NCBI GenBank assembly: GCA_020630095.1
Contig: JAHDCD010000004.1
Coordinates: forward strand, 13,580-77,579
Reading direction: 5' to 3'
Length of the DNA stretch: 64,000 nucleotides
From: Rickettsiales bacterium
Lineage (GTDB): Bacteria; Pseudomonadota; Alphaproteobacteria; Rickettsiales; UBA8987
The position numbers and the translations under genes were made by a program. Below are positions 8,616 through 21,333 of the stretch, in pieces (the first letter of the stretch is position 1; each line of letters begins with the position of its first letter). A model generated the notes under the pieces. The model saw only the letters and a program-made list of their open reading frames with translations. It was not told the origin of the DNA and did no database searches.

Positions 8616-9197
8616 ATGAATAGTCTATTTAAATTTACCCTTGGTATTTCATCTTTAATCTTTTCCAGCTCATTAACCCCTTTAAGCGCGCAGGAAATAT
8701 TTAAAGATCCAAATGCCCCTATAGAGAGAAAAGAACGATTTTTTACTGAACTAGTACCTAAAAGATTAAGTGCAGAAAGCTCCCAAAAAGAAGGGGATCA
8801 AAGATGGGGAGAGCTTTTTGGTAAATTAGAGTGGGATAACGCTGAAGGAAAAAGAATACCAGCTGATGACGATAGCATAATTCCTCCATTAATGCCAGAA
8901 GAGCTACCTACTATGTCAGAAATATTACAACATGACCCCTCCTTAAAAAATGGCTTTGAGGGCTTAGGAGAAAGCGTTGAAGTTGACTTAAGCAGACCTG
9001 AATCGAATTATGAACCGGATGATTCTGTTAAAAAATCAAACTCTAACAAACCTAATGTTATAAGAGTATTTTCAAAAGAAGATTTTAAAGAAATATTAAA
9101 TAGCCCTAGCGCACCTTCGCAAAAGCATAAACCTCATAAACCAATTACAGTTGGGAGCGCTGATGTGCAATCAAAAGGTTCGGAACTTGGTGGTTAA
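8616..9197 (+). CDS. hypothetical secreted protein (signal-peptide-like N-terminus, 193 aa)
   Basis: MNSLFKFTLGISSLIFSSSLTPLSAQE looks like a Sec signal peptide. The gene has the conserved promoter architecture. Confidence 0.55.
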   Translation: MNSLFKFTLGISSLIFSSSLTPLSAQEIFKDPNAPIERKERFFTELVPKRLSAESSQKEGDQRWGELFGKLEWDNAEGKRIPADDDSIIPPLMPEELPTMSEILQHDPSLKNGFEGLGESVEVDLSRPESNYEPDDSVKKSNSNKPNVIRVFSKEDFKEILNSPSAPSQKHKPHKPITVGSADVQSKGSELGG

Positions 9198-10180
9198 CTT
9201 GTCATTTCTAGCATTTTATTTAATGGCTTAGCGGCCGCCTCAATAAGTTCTGGAGTCATTGTTAGCTCTGGCGTTTCATTAGCTAGGCATAAATATAACT
9301 TCTCTAACGTATTCATTTTCATGAAGGGGCAATTGTTACAGCTCGTACACCCCTCCATTGTACCGCCAACTGTTATAAGTTCAGACTCTGGCGAGCGTTT
9401 CTGCATTTCGTGCAAAATACCTGGTTCGGTAAGAACAATAAATTGCTTACCTTTACCACCATGTTTTTCAACATACTGAATTAGCTTAATAGTAGAGCCG
9501 ATATATTCCGAATGATCTAGTAGAGGTTTAGGGCATTCTGGGTGAGCAATAACAACGGCATCCGGATTACGAGTTTTAAGTTTAACTAATTCTTTTTCGT
9601 TAAATTGCTCATGCACTATGCAAGTGCCCTCCCACATAATCATGTCGCGCCCTGTTTTGCGTGATAACCAACCACCTAAATATTTATCCGGCGAGAATAG
9701 AATTGGTTTATCTTTAGGGATTTGTTCAACAATTTGTTCAGCGCATGAAGATGTTACGATAATGTCCGATGCGGCTTTAACATCCGCTGAGCAATTAATA
9801 TAAGTAAGGGCAACATGTTCGCCAACTTCCTTATTCAGCTTTTCGCGGTATGCTTTGAATTTATCAATCGGGGCGGAAAGTTCTAGTGAACAGCCCGCAT
9901 CCATATCCGGCAGGACTACTTTAGTATTTGGAGAGAGGATTTTAGCCGTTTCAGCCATGAATTTAACACCGCAGAATACTATTAAATCAGCGTCAGCATC
10001 TTTAGCTTTGCGTGATAAATCCAGCGAATCACCTACGAAGTCTGCGATATCCTGAATTTCGGAATCTTGATAGAAATGCGCTAGAATAATGGCATTTTTT
10101 TCTTTCTTTAATTTGAGAATTTCTTCTTCAATATTAAACGATGGATCAGCAAATATTTTTTCTGTAACTTTCATGCTCAC
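9194..10180 (-). CDS. nadA: quinolinate synthase
   Basis: 328 aa. Contains ILAHFYQDSEIQDIADFVGDSL, three-domain NadA-like repeats, and conserved Cys in CIVHEQF and CTSCNNCPFM. Confidence 0.9.
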   Translation of the reverse strand: MSMKVTEKIFADPSFNIEEEILKLKKEKNAIILAHFYQDSEIQDIADFVGDSLDLSRKAKDADADLIVFCGVKFMAETAKILSPNTKVVLPDMDAGCSLELSAPIDKFKAYREKLNKEVGEHVALTYINCSADVKAASDIIVTSSCAEQIVEQIPKDKPILFSPDKYLGGWLSRKTGRDMIMWEGTCIVHEQFNEKELVKLKTRNPDAVVIAHPECPKPLLDHSEYIGSTIKLIQYVEKHGGKGKQFIVLTEPGILHEMQKRSPESELITVGGTMEGCTSCNNCPFMKMNTLEKLYLCLANETPELTMTPELIEAAAKPLNKMLEMTS

Positions 10181-10241
10181 ATTTATTTATATAGTAATAC
10201 GGCAATGTATTACAAGCTATTCGCAGTAATTTTAATAAAAA

Positions 10242-10273
10242 TTAACTAAAGTTTAAGAACTGAATAATATAAT
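10242..10273 (+). promoter_or_regulatory. CtrA-type box TTAAC-N6-TTAAG + N10 + TATAAT, 6 nt before ATT at 10280
   Basis: Reads aTTAACtaaagtTTAAGaactgaataaTATAATtttataATT. The layout is the same as the two downstream paralogue promoters. Confidence 0.5.
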
Positions 10274-10279
10274 TTTATA

Positions 10280-10963
10280 ATTACTGATAATAATAAAAAT
10301 ATACTCGGGCATAATATACCACCAAGTAAAAACGATAAAGAGGCAAGAGAGCTTTGGCGCTTTGGGGTTTCTTATCTTATAAAATCTATTTTACCTGAGA
10401 AAAAGCCCACACAGGCGGTTATAGCAGAAGACCTCGGGATTCCTTTATCAAAATATAGGCACTTACTTAGAGGGTATGGCGATACACCACAATTATTAGA
10501 TAAATTATTAGATAACTTTAATGTACCAGACAATGAGAGGCTTGAATTTTACAATAACTGTAATGAACTGGGTATTGTTACCAGTCAAAGCCTCTATAAA
10601 CAAGGTGCCTCAAGCTTAGGAGATTGCTTAAAGAAGATTAGACTGAAAGCCGGTTTGACTCAAGAAGAGCTTAGCGATGCATTGGATGTCGAAAGAGTTT
10701 TTCATAGCCATGTTGAAAGTGGTTATGAAGTTTATGACGCAACAACAACTGGCAAGCTTTTAGATTTTTGTAACGCAAGTGAGCTAGATAGGACCTTTAC
10801 TGAACAGCTTAGATCTGGAGATGTTGGATTTCAAAGAAACTCAGGAAAAAAACACCTTCCTAGTGATGCACAAATTAAAGCCGTAGAAATAGGCGCTGCA
10901 ATTGTTGAATCAATAGAGTATTTAGCCAATGAGTTAGATGCCCTACCCTCTAAAGAAAGGTAG
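10280..10963 (+). CDS. short multi-HTH protein, third member of the tandem family; no canonical start codon (ATT at the conserved start position), possibly a pseudogene
   Basis: The frame is open from 10268. The first ATG/GTG/TTG in frame is the TTG at 10655 (track ORF 10655-10963). The upstream part encodes HTH-like KPTQAVIAEDLGIPLSKYRHLLRG and LKKIRLKAGLTQEELSDAL. Confidence 0.45.
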   Translation: MTDNNKNILGHNIPPSKNDKEARELWRFGVSYLIKSILPEKKPTQAVIAEDLGIPLSKYRHLLRGYGDTPQLLDKLLDNFNVPDNERLEFYNNCNELGIVTSQSLYKQGASSLGDCLKKIRLKAGLTQEELSDALDVERVFHSHVESGYEVYDATTTGKLLDFCNASELDRTFTEQLRSGDVGFQRNSGKKHLPSDAQIKAVEIGAAIVESIEYLANELDALPSKER

Positions 10964-10992
10964 TTAAGTATCTATAGATAATTTAATAAAAA

Positions 10993-11024
10993 TTAACCAA
11001 ATCTTAAGAAATATGCTTTAAAAT
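10993..11024 (+). promoter_or_regulatory. CtrA-type box TTAAC-N6-TTAAG + N10 + TAAAAT, 6 nt before the ATG at 11031
   Basis: Reads aTTAACcaaatcTTAAGaaatatgcttTAAAATacccatATG. It is nearly identical to 13214-13251. Confidence 0.6.
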
Positions 11025-11030
11025 ACCCAT

Positions 11031-13208
11031 ATGGGACAAGATACAACATACGGCGGCCTATCCTTTGAAGAATATACCAATGGTTATGGAAGGGATAGCG
11101 GTCGAAAAATAGGGGCTGCTGGATTACCATTTGAATTTTCTGTATCTGGCTTTTTAAATCACTGGCTAGATTTAGAAGAAACCTCTGCAAGTGAGTTTTA
11201 TGCAATTCATAAACTGTCTGACTTTGAGGTGGATTATTCAGATTTTGAAAAATTAATATCTCCACCATCAAGAGAGAATGGCAGTTATTCGCTAGGTGAT
11301 AATTTACATATATATCTACAATCTGCATTACCTAAAAGTATGAAAGAGCATTCTTGGGCTTTAAGATATTCATCTCAGAAAGAAATTGATGCGATAGGAG
11401 CAGAGATTGTAGAGGCAGATATTAGCATTTTTGAACAAATTACAAAGGCTGATCCAAGAACTATATTAGCCCCTTATATAAAGCCAGCTGAAAGAGTTAA
11501 TGCACAGAATTACCCTTCTGAATTTTTAACAAAATTATTAAAAACCTTAAGAAAAGCTAATGATTTACAGGGCTCTTTGGGAGGAAGCTTTCCATTTGAA
11601 GAGATTGAATTCTTCAGAAAGGTAGATGATTTCTATCAGTTTCTTACTAAAGGCACAATCCCTGAAAAAAAAATGCTAAGTCTACTTGAATCAACGTATG
11701 ATTTAACAGACTCAGATATCAACTTTATTTCAGATGCTCTTACGGAGGCTGAGACTCAAGGCTATCCGAAAGATTTCTTTTCAAAAGAAATCGACAAAAT
11801 TATAGATCAGGTAAAAAATCAAGAGCAAGGCGAGGTTTTACAACTTAGCGATTATGAATTAATGAATAAATTTGCTAGAATAGTTGATGCTCCTATAGAA
11901 TGTTTATACGGGCTAAGGCCCTTAACATACTCTGATAAAACAAGGCAAATTAGTGCTATATGCGAAAAAATATCATCTTTTGCAGGTGAAGAGTTAGCGA
12001 ACTTAGCTGAAGAGCATTTTCAAAGTATTGAAGGCATTGATATTGAAAGACTCATTGAAATTAAAGAGGAATCTGGAGTTACAGGTAGAAAGCTACTTGG
12101 TTATGCGCTTAGTTTAATTCGGTTGTCTGAAGGGATGACTCAGGCTGAACTTGGCGATAAGGCTGACTTAAGGCCGCAGAAAGTTTCCTCTATGGAAATA
12201 CATACTAGAACCAGTATAAAAAATAGCTCAACTAGAGCGCAAAAACCCTCTCAGATAGAAGCATATCTTGACGGGTGTAATACTGATAAAAAGTTTAGAG
12301 GCATAATAGAAAGAATATGTAAAAAATATGATATTGATACAGTTAAAAACTTAACTGATAGAATTTATAAAACAGATAATGTGAATGAAGCCGTATATTT
12401 ACTTACAAAATTATATGAAACTTCACTGACAGCTATTGATAGGAAAGCCCGTAAACTAGACCCTGATTGTATTACATATGTTAAAATAAAAAACAAAAAA
12501 ACTCAATTAAAGCCTAAAGAAGTTAGACTTACATTAGGTATATTAGAAGTTAAAGCTGAACATAGGCAGCATTTTGAGGGGCTTATAAACCTTACTAATT
12601 TACTTGAGGCAGAAACTGAACTTGGCAGCGCTTTGAGAATAGTTAGAGAAAGTTACGACTTAACTACCACTGATATTAAAAATCGCCTAGGTGTTACTAG
12701 ACAGGCGGTCAATAATGCTGAAATAAAAGGCTGTAAGGCATCTACTGCAATGAATTATCTAAACGCTTGTGGGGCTACTAGAGATGTACGCTATATGGTT
12801 GCCGTTACAAGTGAGCATGCCGAATTTATACCAGAATTACTATATGAGGTAGTTAACAGGGTCTCAATTGACATAATGGATACTGATAATAACTTATCTG
12901 CTAGAGCTATAGTGGCTGATAATATGGGTATAAGCGTAAAAGAATTTAATAGCATACTATCCTACGAAACAAAACCCAATAAAACTGAAATTAGGGAGTT
13001 GTGCAAGTTAACTAGAGATAATTTAGCCAATTACCTTACCGATAAAGATTCAACCTATTTAGAAAATTCAATTGATAAAACTCGTACAAATAAAATAACA
13101 AAATCTGGAGCGTATAAGGAGCGCACCATTAGGCACCCTTCTGTAAATACTAAAGCGGATCATTGGCGGACTCTTAGCGGTCCTACTAAAATGTCTAAAA
13201 TTACTTAA
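11031..13208 (+). CDS. large multi-HTH (XRE-like repeat) protein, paralogue A (725 aa)
   Basis: At least three HTH-like modules: GRKLLGYALSLIRLSEGMTQAELG, LRIVRESYDLTTTDIKNRLGVTRQAVNNAE and ARAIVADNMGISVKEFNSIL. It shares blocks with 13252-15450. Confidence 0.7.
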   Translation: MGQDTTYGGLSFEEYTNGYGRDSGRKIGAAGLPFEFSVSGFLNHWLDLEETSASEFYAIHKLSDFEVDYSDFEKLISPPSRENGSYSLGDNLHIYLQSALPKSMKEHSWALRYSSQKEIDAIGAEIVEADISIFEQITKADPRTILAPYIKPAERVNAQNYPSEFLTKLLKTLRKANDLQGSLGGSFPFEEIEFFRKVDDFYQFLTKGTIPEKKMLSLLESTYDLTDSDINFISDALTEAETQGYPKDFFSKEIDKIIDQVKNQEQGEVLQLSDYELMNKFARIVDAPIECLYGLRPLTYSDKTRQISAICEKISSFAGEELANLAEEHFQSIEGIDIERLIEIKEESGVTGRKLLGYALSLIRLSEGMTQAELGDKADLRPQKVSSMEIHTRTSIKNSSTRAQKPSQIEAYLDGCNTDKKFRGIIERICKKYDIDTVKNLTDRIYKTDNVNEAVYLLTKLYETSLTAIDRKARKLDPDCITYVKIKNKKTQLKPKEVRLTLGILEVKAEHRQHFEGLINLTNLLEAETELGSALRIVRESYDLTTTDIKNRLGVTRQAVNNAEIKGCKASTAMNYLNACGATRDVRYMVAVTSEHAEFIPELLYEVVNRVSIDIMDTDNNLSARAIVADNMGISVKEFNSILSYETKPNKTEIRELCKLTRDNLANYLTDKDSTYLENSIDKTRTNKITKSGAYKERTIRHPSVNTKADHWRTLSGPTKMSKIT

Positions 13209-13213
13209 TAAAA

Positions 13214-13245
13214 TTAACCAAACCTTAAGAAATATGCTTTAAAAT
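13214..13245 (+). promoter_or_regulatory. CtrA-type box TTAAC-N6-TTAAG + N10 + TAAAAT, 6 nt before the ATG at 13252
   Basis: Reads aTTAACcaaaccTTAAGaaatatgcttTAAAATacccatATG. Confidence 0.6.
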
Positions 13246-13251
13246 ACCCAT

Positions 13252-15450
13252 ATGGGACACGGGCCTAAATATGGAGGATTATCATTTGATGATTATACCA
13301 ATGGTTATGGAAGGGATAGCGGTCGAAAAATAGGGGCTGCTGGATTACCATTTGAATTTTCTGTATCTGGCTTTTTAAAATATTGGCTTGAACAAGAAGA
13401 AATATCCGTAAAAGATTTCTATACGGGGCATAAATTATCTAACTTTGGGGTTGATTATCAAAGTTTTAAAAGTTTAGTTTATCCCCCCTCAGCAGATAAA
13501 GGTGAATTTGCACTAGGCGAAAAGTTGCGAGTATATATACAGTCTATTTTACCTAAAAAGATGGCAAATTACGTTTGGGTTTTAAGACACTCTGCTTATA
13601 ATGAAAATAGCTCAGGTATGGCACAGGTGGTTGAGGCTAAAATAGAAATATTAGACTCCATTGTAAAAAAAGATCCTAAAGATTTAAAAGCTCCAAACTT
13701 AAAATCTGCAAAAAGAATCTCTACTAAAAATTACCCATCAGAGTTTTTATCAAAATTATTGGAAGCCTTAAGAAAGGCTAATCATATGCAAGGCTCAATA
13801 GGTGATATTTTTCCATTTGAGGAAGTTGAGTTTTATAGAAAAATAGATGATTTATATCAATTCTTAACTCAAGGGTCAATATCAGCCGATCAAATGCTAG
13901 ATTTTCTTGAAGCTGACCATACACTTTTAGATTCTGATATATTATTTATATCTAAAGCTTTAGTTGAAGCTGAAAAGCAAGGCTATCCAACAGATTTCTT
14001 TAGCAAGTCTATCGATGTGGTAATAGAGCGTGAAAAGAGTAAAGAGTGCGGTGGTACAGCTAAGCAGTATAGTGATTATGAATTAATGAGTAAATTTGCA
14101 AAGCTAGTAAACTGCCCATTAGAAAGCCTTTATGGGTTAAAGCCCCTTACTCAAGTTAGAATCACTGAACAAATTAACCATATTTGTGAAAGAATAGCAA
14201 CTTTTGCCGACCCCAAATTAGCCGTTTTGGCAAAATCACATTTTGAATCAATAGAAGGTATTGATATTCCTCGCTTAGTTGAAATTAAAGAGGAATCTGG
14301 AGTTACAGGTAGAAAGCTTCTTGGCTATGCGTTGAGCTTGATAAGATTATCAGAGGGGGTGAGTCAAACGGATGTTAGTGCAAAGATGGGAGTAAGTCAA
14401 AGAGCTGTTAGTGCCATGGAGTACTTTGAAAGCTTTAGGGTTAGTGGTGTTCATAGAAAAAATCAAAAACCGTCAGAAATAGAAAATTACTTAGATGCGT
14501 GTGATGCTGATAAAAGTGCTAGGAAAACCATTGATAGAATTTGCAAAAAATATGACATCGATACAGTACAAAAGCTAGAAGGCAATTTTAATGCCTCTAA
14601 AACAACTTTAGAAGCCATTGTTAATTTAATAAAATTACATGAAGTTCCTTTTAAAGTTCTGGGAAGGGAAATTAAACAAAAAGGATTAAAGTGTGAGGCT
14701 TCAGTTGAATTTTTAAAAAAAAAATCTCAACCACTGACTGAGTCTGATACAAAGATAATAATGGACACTCTTGGTGCAACTGCAGAAGAAAGAGAAATAG
14801 TCGAGGGTGTAATTCAAGAAAATAGCATGACAGCCTTACTTCAAAATGCAACTCATAGCGGTGAGGCACTAAAGATAGTGCGAGAAGGACTTGATTTAAC
14901 CGGTGAACAACTTGCTAAATTATGTGGCATTTCTAGGCGAACTATACAAAACCAAGAAGCTACTCCAGAAGTTAGCTCTATAAATATAATTAAGAGACTT
15001 AATGTATGCGAAGTTTCTCCAGAAGTTAGATATTATGTAGCCTTAGCAAGCTCTAGAGTTGAGTTACTACCTGAAATACTTTATGAGGTAGTTAACAGGG
15101 TCTCAATTGACATAATGGATACTGATAATAACTTATCTGCTAGAGCTATAGTGGCTGATAATATGGGTATAAGCGTAAAAGAATTTAATAGCATACTATC
15201 CTACGAAACAAAACCCAATAAAACTGAAATTAGGGAGTTGTGCAATCTTGTAAAAGAGTCTTTATCTGCTCATTTAACTGAAAGAGAAGTTGTATTTATA
15301 GATTCTTCTTTAGACGCTCTATACATAGATACTTTAAAGAAAGATGGCACGAGAAGAGAAAGAAAGATATCCATTCCCTCACCAGCTGCTAAAGCGGATC
15401 ATTGGGAAAACTTATCATGCCCTGTAAATATTAATTATTTGGGTGAATAA
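13252..15450 (+). CDS. large multi-HTH (XRE-like repeat) protein, paralogue B (732 aa)
   Basis: Collinear with paralogue A and carrying nucleotide-identical blocks. HTH-like modules include LIRLSEGVSQTDVSAKMGVSQRAVSAME and LKIVREGLDLTGEQLAKLCGISRRTIQNQE. Confidence 0.7.
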   Translation: MGHGPKYGGLSFDDYTNGYGRDSGRKIGAAGLPFEFSVSGFLKYWLEQEEISVKDFYTGHKLSNFGVDYQSFKSLVYPPSADKGEFALGEKLRVYIQSILPKKMANYVWVLRHSAYNENSSGMAQVVEAKIEILDSIVKKDPKDLKAPNLKSAKRISTKNYPSEFLSKLLEALRKANHMQGSIGDIFPFEEVEFYRKIDDLYQFLTQGSISADQMLDFLEADHTLLDSDILFISKALVEAEKQGYPTDFFSKSIDVVIEREKSKECGGTAKQYSDYELMSKFAKLVNCPLESLYGLKPLTQVRITEQINHICERIATFADPKLAVLAKSHFESIEGIDIPRLVEIKEESGVTGRKLLGYALSLIRLSEGVSQTDVSAKMGVSQRAVSAMEYFESFRVSGVHRKNQKPSEIENYLDACDADKSARKTIDRICKKYDIDTVQKLEGNFNASKTTLEAIVNLIKLHEVPFKVLGREIKQKGLKCEASVEFLKKKSQPLTESDTKIIMDTLGATAEEREIVEGVIQENSMTALLQNATHSGEALKIVREGLDLTGEQLAKLCGISRRTIQNQEATPEVSSINIIKRLNVCEVSPEVRYYVALASSRVELLPEILYEVVNRVSIDIMDTDNNLSARAIVADNMGISVKEFNSILSYETKPNKTEIRELCNLVKESLSAHLTEREVVFIDSSLDALYIDTLKKDGTRRERKISIPSPAAKADHWENLSCPVNINYLGE

Positions 15451-15560
15451 AGACTTTACAAGGTCAAAGCCTGCCTTATTCTCAACTATTGTTTAATGGT
15501 TTCGCTGGCGCGAAACATACACTTACTTCGCAGTGCAAAATTAGCTCAAGCTAATTTTGA

Positions 15561-18038
<2,478 letters not shown>

Positions 18039-18117
18039 TTTAGCATATAAGAAGGATAAGCATATTAGCAGATAAGAGGTAATTATTGCTTATATGCCAA
18101 TCCACTAGTATACTTAT
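18039..18117 (+). repeat. leader element upstream of lipA sharing ~42 nt with the carB leader
   Basis: TTTAGCATATAAGAAGGATAAGCATATTAGCAGATAAGAGGTaattattGCTTATATGCcaatccactagtatacttatATG. About 37-38 of the first 42 positions match the carB copy, in the same orientation relative to the gene. Confidence 0.7.
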
Positions 18118-19071
18118 ATGCTGATGAATGAGCTGAAAAAGATACGTCATCCTGAAAAACAGGGTAATGCTGATAATGTAGCGCCGAAGCGTCCTGATTG
18201 GATTAGAGTTAAAGCGCCGCAATCGGAAGGTTATAAGAAAACTAAGGAACTTATAAAATCTAATAATCTTTATACTGTATGCGAGGAAGCCGCATGCCCT
18301 AATATTGGCGAATGTTGGGAGCAAAAGCATGCTACAGTGATGATTCTTGGCTCTATTTGCACGCGCGCTTGTGCGTTTTGTAATGTGGAAACGGGTAAAC
18401 CAGATATGCTAGACCCACATGAGCCGGAAAATTTAGCTAATGCTGCGAAAGAGCTCGGGCTTAACCACATAGTTATAACATCGGTTGATAGGGATGATTT
18501 GGATGATGGTGGTGCGCAACATTTTGCAGAATGTATTATACGTTTACGTAATGCTACGCCGAATACTACAGTTGAGATTCTTACACCAGATTTCCGCGGT
18601 AAGGAAGGCGCGCTAGAAATTGTAGTAGCGAGTAAACCAGACGTGTTTAATCATAATATTGAAACTGTACCATCGCATTACCGCACTATTCGCCCGTATG
18701 CGCGTTATTTTGAAAGTTTGCGTTTATTGCAACGCGTTAAAGAATTAGAGCCGATGATGTTTACTAAGTCTGGCCTTATGGTTGGGTTAGGTGAAACGGA
18801 TGATGAGGTTTATCAGTTAATGGATGATTTACGCTCGGCTGATGTAGACTTTTTAACGATTGGTCAATATTTACAGCCAACACCGAAGCATGCGCCAATT
18901 GACCGCTACGTTACGCCTGAGCAGTTCGATAAATATAAAGAAGTTGCTTATTCTAAGGGCTTCTTAATGGTTGCGAGCTCTCCGTTAACGCGCTCGAGCT
19001 ATCATGCAGGTGATGACTTCGCTGAAATGCGCCGTAACAGAGAAAAGAAGTTTAAGGAAGCCAATGCATAA
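18118..19071 (+). CDS. lipA: lipoyl synthase
   Basis: Contains the [13 protein letters not shown] and [10 protein letters not shown] radical-SAM/auxiliary cluster motifs. 317 aa. Confidence 0.95.
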   Translation: MLMNELKKIRHPEKQGNADNVAPKRPDWIRVKAPQSEGYKKTKELIKSNNLYTVCEEAACPNIGECWEQKHATVMILGSICTRACAFCNVETGKPDMLDPHEPENLANAAKELGLNHIVITSVDRDDLDDGGAQHFAECIIRLRNATPNTTVEILTPDFRGKEGALEIVVASKPDVFNHNIETVPSHYRTIRPYARYFESLRLLQRVKELEPMMFTKSGLMVGLGETDDEVYQLMDDLRSADVDFLTIGQYLQPTPKHAPIDRYVTPEQFDKYKEVAYSKGFLMVASSPLTRSSYHAGDDFAEMRRNREKKFKEANA

Positions 19072-19462
19072 CTCGTCTTATAAAGTTTACTATGAAGATA
19101 CTGATGCTGGTGGCGTGGTATATTATGCGAATTATTTAAAATTCGCGGAGCGTGCTAGAACTGATTGGCTGGATTATGTTGGTGTTAATCAGAAAGAATT
19201 GATTGAAAATGATAAAATTGCTTTCGTTGTTTCTGAGGTAAATGCAAAATATAAAGGTGCGGCAAAGCTTGGCGATATTATTGAAATAGAAACAAAATTA
19301 GTCGATTCTACAAAAATTTCTTTTAATTTTGTACAAATTCTTAAAATTGGTTCGAATATAATTAATGAAATGGAAGTTAAGGTGATATGTGTTACCTTAA
19401 AAGATGATGGGTCATTTAGGCCTACTAAGATTCCTGTTAATATAATCGAACTAATAAAATGA
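19064..19462 (+). CDS. ybgC: acyl-CoA thioester hydrolase, YbgC/4HBT family
   Basis: [31 protein letters not shown] is the hot-dog fold signature. The start was set at MHNSSY (19064), overlapping the lipA stop by 8 nt. Confidence 0.85.
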   Translation: MHNSSYKVYYEDTDAGGVVYYANYLKFAERARTDWLDYVGVNQKELIENDKIAFVVSEVNAKYKGAAKLGDIIEIETKLVDSTKISFNFVQILKIGSNIINEMEVKVICVTLKDDGSFRPTKIPVNIIELIK

Positions 19463-21333
19463 AATTCTTAATACCTGTAATAATTTTTCTAATATCTGCA
19501 CTTAATGTTAATGCAACGAGCTATCCTATTAAAAAGGATGAAGGGTATGAGGCATTTTATGATATTGAATCTTATGACGGCAAGGCCTTTACAGGGTTAA
19601 GATTTGATCTAGATGATGGCTATAAAACTTATTGGAAGCACCCAGGGGATGGCGGTTTACCGCCCGTTATAAATTTAGAGAATGCGGTAAATGTTAAGTC
19701 TTACGAATTAATATTCCCAGCGCCAGAGCGCTTTTTACCTTTCGAAGATATTCAAACCATAGGATATAAATCGGATATGGCTTACCCGTTAATTATTACT
19801 GCGGAAGATGATACTAAGCCTGTATCATTCACATTAAAGGGCGAGTTTGGAGTATGTAAGGATTTATGCTTATTTGGTGAGATTGACCAAGCGATAAGCA
19901 TTGAGCCTAACTATAACAGCGGGAAAACTGCAATATCTAATGAAATTGCCAATGCAGATAGTGATAAAATTACCGTTAACTCTTATGGATTAAAAGATGG
20001 CAAATTAATGTTTGATATATCTGCTGATGATAAGATTAAGCAAGCCGATGTATTTATTAATGCTAATGATGAATATAGGTTTGGTAAAACGGATGTTACT
20101 ATAGATGGTAAGAATGCCGTGGTTAGCCTTAATATTTCTGATGCTTTTGGAGAGAATGAAGTTAAAGCTACGGATATTAAAGAAGAGTTTGAGTATCAGG
20201 TTTCAGTAAAAACTGATGATGGTTTTTCTGGTAAAATTGGAAAAGTAGATTTTGCTAATTTAGCTAAATTACAAGAAGCTAAGAAATCTGATGGTAATAG
20301 TATTTTATATTTAATATTTGCAGCGTTTATTGGTGGTTTAATACTTAACATTATGCCGTGCGTACTGCCAATATTAGGTGTTAAAATAATTGGAGTTGTT
20401 AAAAGCGCGGGCGTAGAAAAAAAGCAAATTAGGAAGAAGTTTATAGCATCTGCTTTGGGTATTATTTTATCGTTCCTACTGCTTGCTGGTATTGTGATAT
20501 ATATAAAGTCACTAGGGAATTACTTTGGCTGGGGCACGCATTTCCAGCATAATGAGTTCTTATATTTCCTATTCTTTATAATGCTGTTCTTTGGTTTAAA
20601 TCAGCTTGGATTATTTGAGATTAAGCTACCATCATTATTTAATAATAAATTAGCTAGTGCTGGCGGTAACTCGGACAGTTTACTTAGTCATTTTATGACC
20701 GGTGTTCTAGCGACAATTTTAGCTACGCCCTGCTCTGCGCCGTTTGTAGGCACTGCGGTTAGCTTTGCGCTTAGTCAAGGTAGCTTACAGGTTTTCTATA
20801 TATTCCTATTTATGAGCCTAGGGCTGGCATTCCCGTATTTATTGCTAATAGCGTTTCCAAGTGCAGTTTCTGTACTACCAAAACCTGGGGCGTGGATGAA
20901 TAAAGTTAAGCAATTTATGGGCATTTTATTACTAGCTTCTGCTGTTTGGATTGGATCAATTATTTATAATAATTATACAGGCGGTGAAGCTGTAAAAGGT
21001 GAAGCTGTAAAATTTAACGAACAGCAACTTACAAGCCTTGTTAATGAAGGTAAAACTGTATTTGTAGATATTACCGCGGACTGGTGCTTGAACTGCAAGT
21101 ATAATAAGAAGTTCGTTATAAATACTGACGAAGTGCAAAACGCCTTTAAAGCCAATAACATCGTATTTATGCAAGGTGACTACACTCGCCCTTCGCCAGA
21201 GATTACCGAATTCTTAAAGTCTCATGACCGCTATGCTATTCCATTTGACGCGGTATTTAAGCAGGGTAAAGTACCCGTTATATTGTCTGAAAAACTTACT
21301 ATTAGCGAAGTTTTAGAGAGCTTAGGCCAATAA
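19459..21333 (+). CDS. DsbD/ScsB-family thiol:disulfide interchange protein
   Basis: Has a signal peptide, a central multi-TM CcdA-like core ([23 protein letters not shown]) and a C-terminal thioredoxin-like domain (DWCLNCK). Confidence 0.75.
   Translation: MKFLIPVIIFLISALNVNATSYPIKKDEGYEAFYDIESYDGKAFTGLRFDLDDGYKTYWKHPGDGGLPPVINLENAVNVKSYELIFPAPERFLPFEDIQTIGYKSDMAYPLIITAEDDTKPVSFTLKGEFGVCKDLCLFGEIDQAISIEPNYNSGKTAISNEIANADSDKITVNSYGLKDGKLMFDISADDKIKQADVFINANDEYRFGKTDVTIDGKNAVVSLNISDAFGENEVKATDIKEEFEYQVSVKTDDGFSGKIGKVDFANLAKLQEAKKSDGNSILYLIFAAFIGGLILNIMPCVLPILGVKIIGVVKSAGVEKKQIRKKFIASALGIILSFLLLAGIVIYIKSLGNYFGWGTHFQHNEFLYFLFFIMLFFGLNQLGLFEIKLPSLFNNKLASAGGNSDSLLSHFMTGVLATILATPCSAPFVGTAVSFALSQGSLQVFYIFLFMSLGLAFPYLLLIAFPSAVSVLPKPGAWMNKVKQFMGILLLASAVWIGSIIYNNYTGGEAVKGEAVKFNEQQLTSLVNEGKTVFVDITADWCLNCKYNKKFVINTDEVQNAFKANNIVFMQGDYTRPSPEITEFLKSHDRYAIPFDAVFKQGKVPVILSEKLTISEVLESLGQ

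Noticed and set aside
20983-21012. Perfect 15 bp tandem duplication GGTGAAGCTGTAAAA x2 in the DsbD-like gene ([10 protein letters not shown])
   Set aside because: It is real but trivial: an in-frame five-residue duplication in a linker before the thioredoxin domain, with no evident functional implication.
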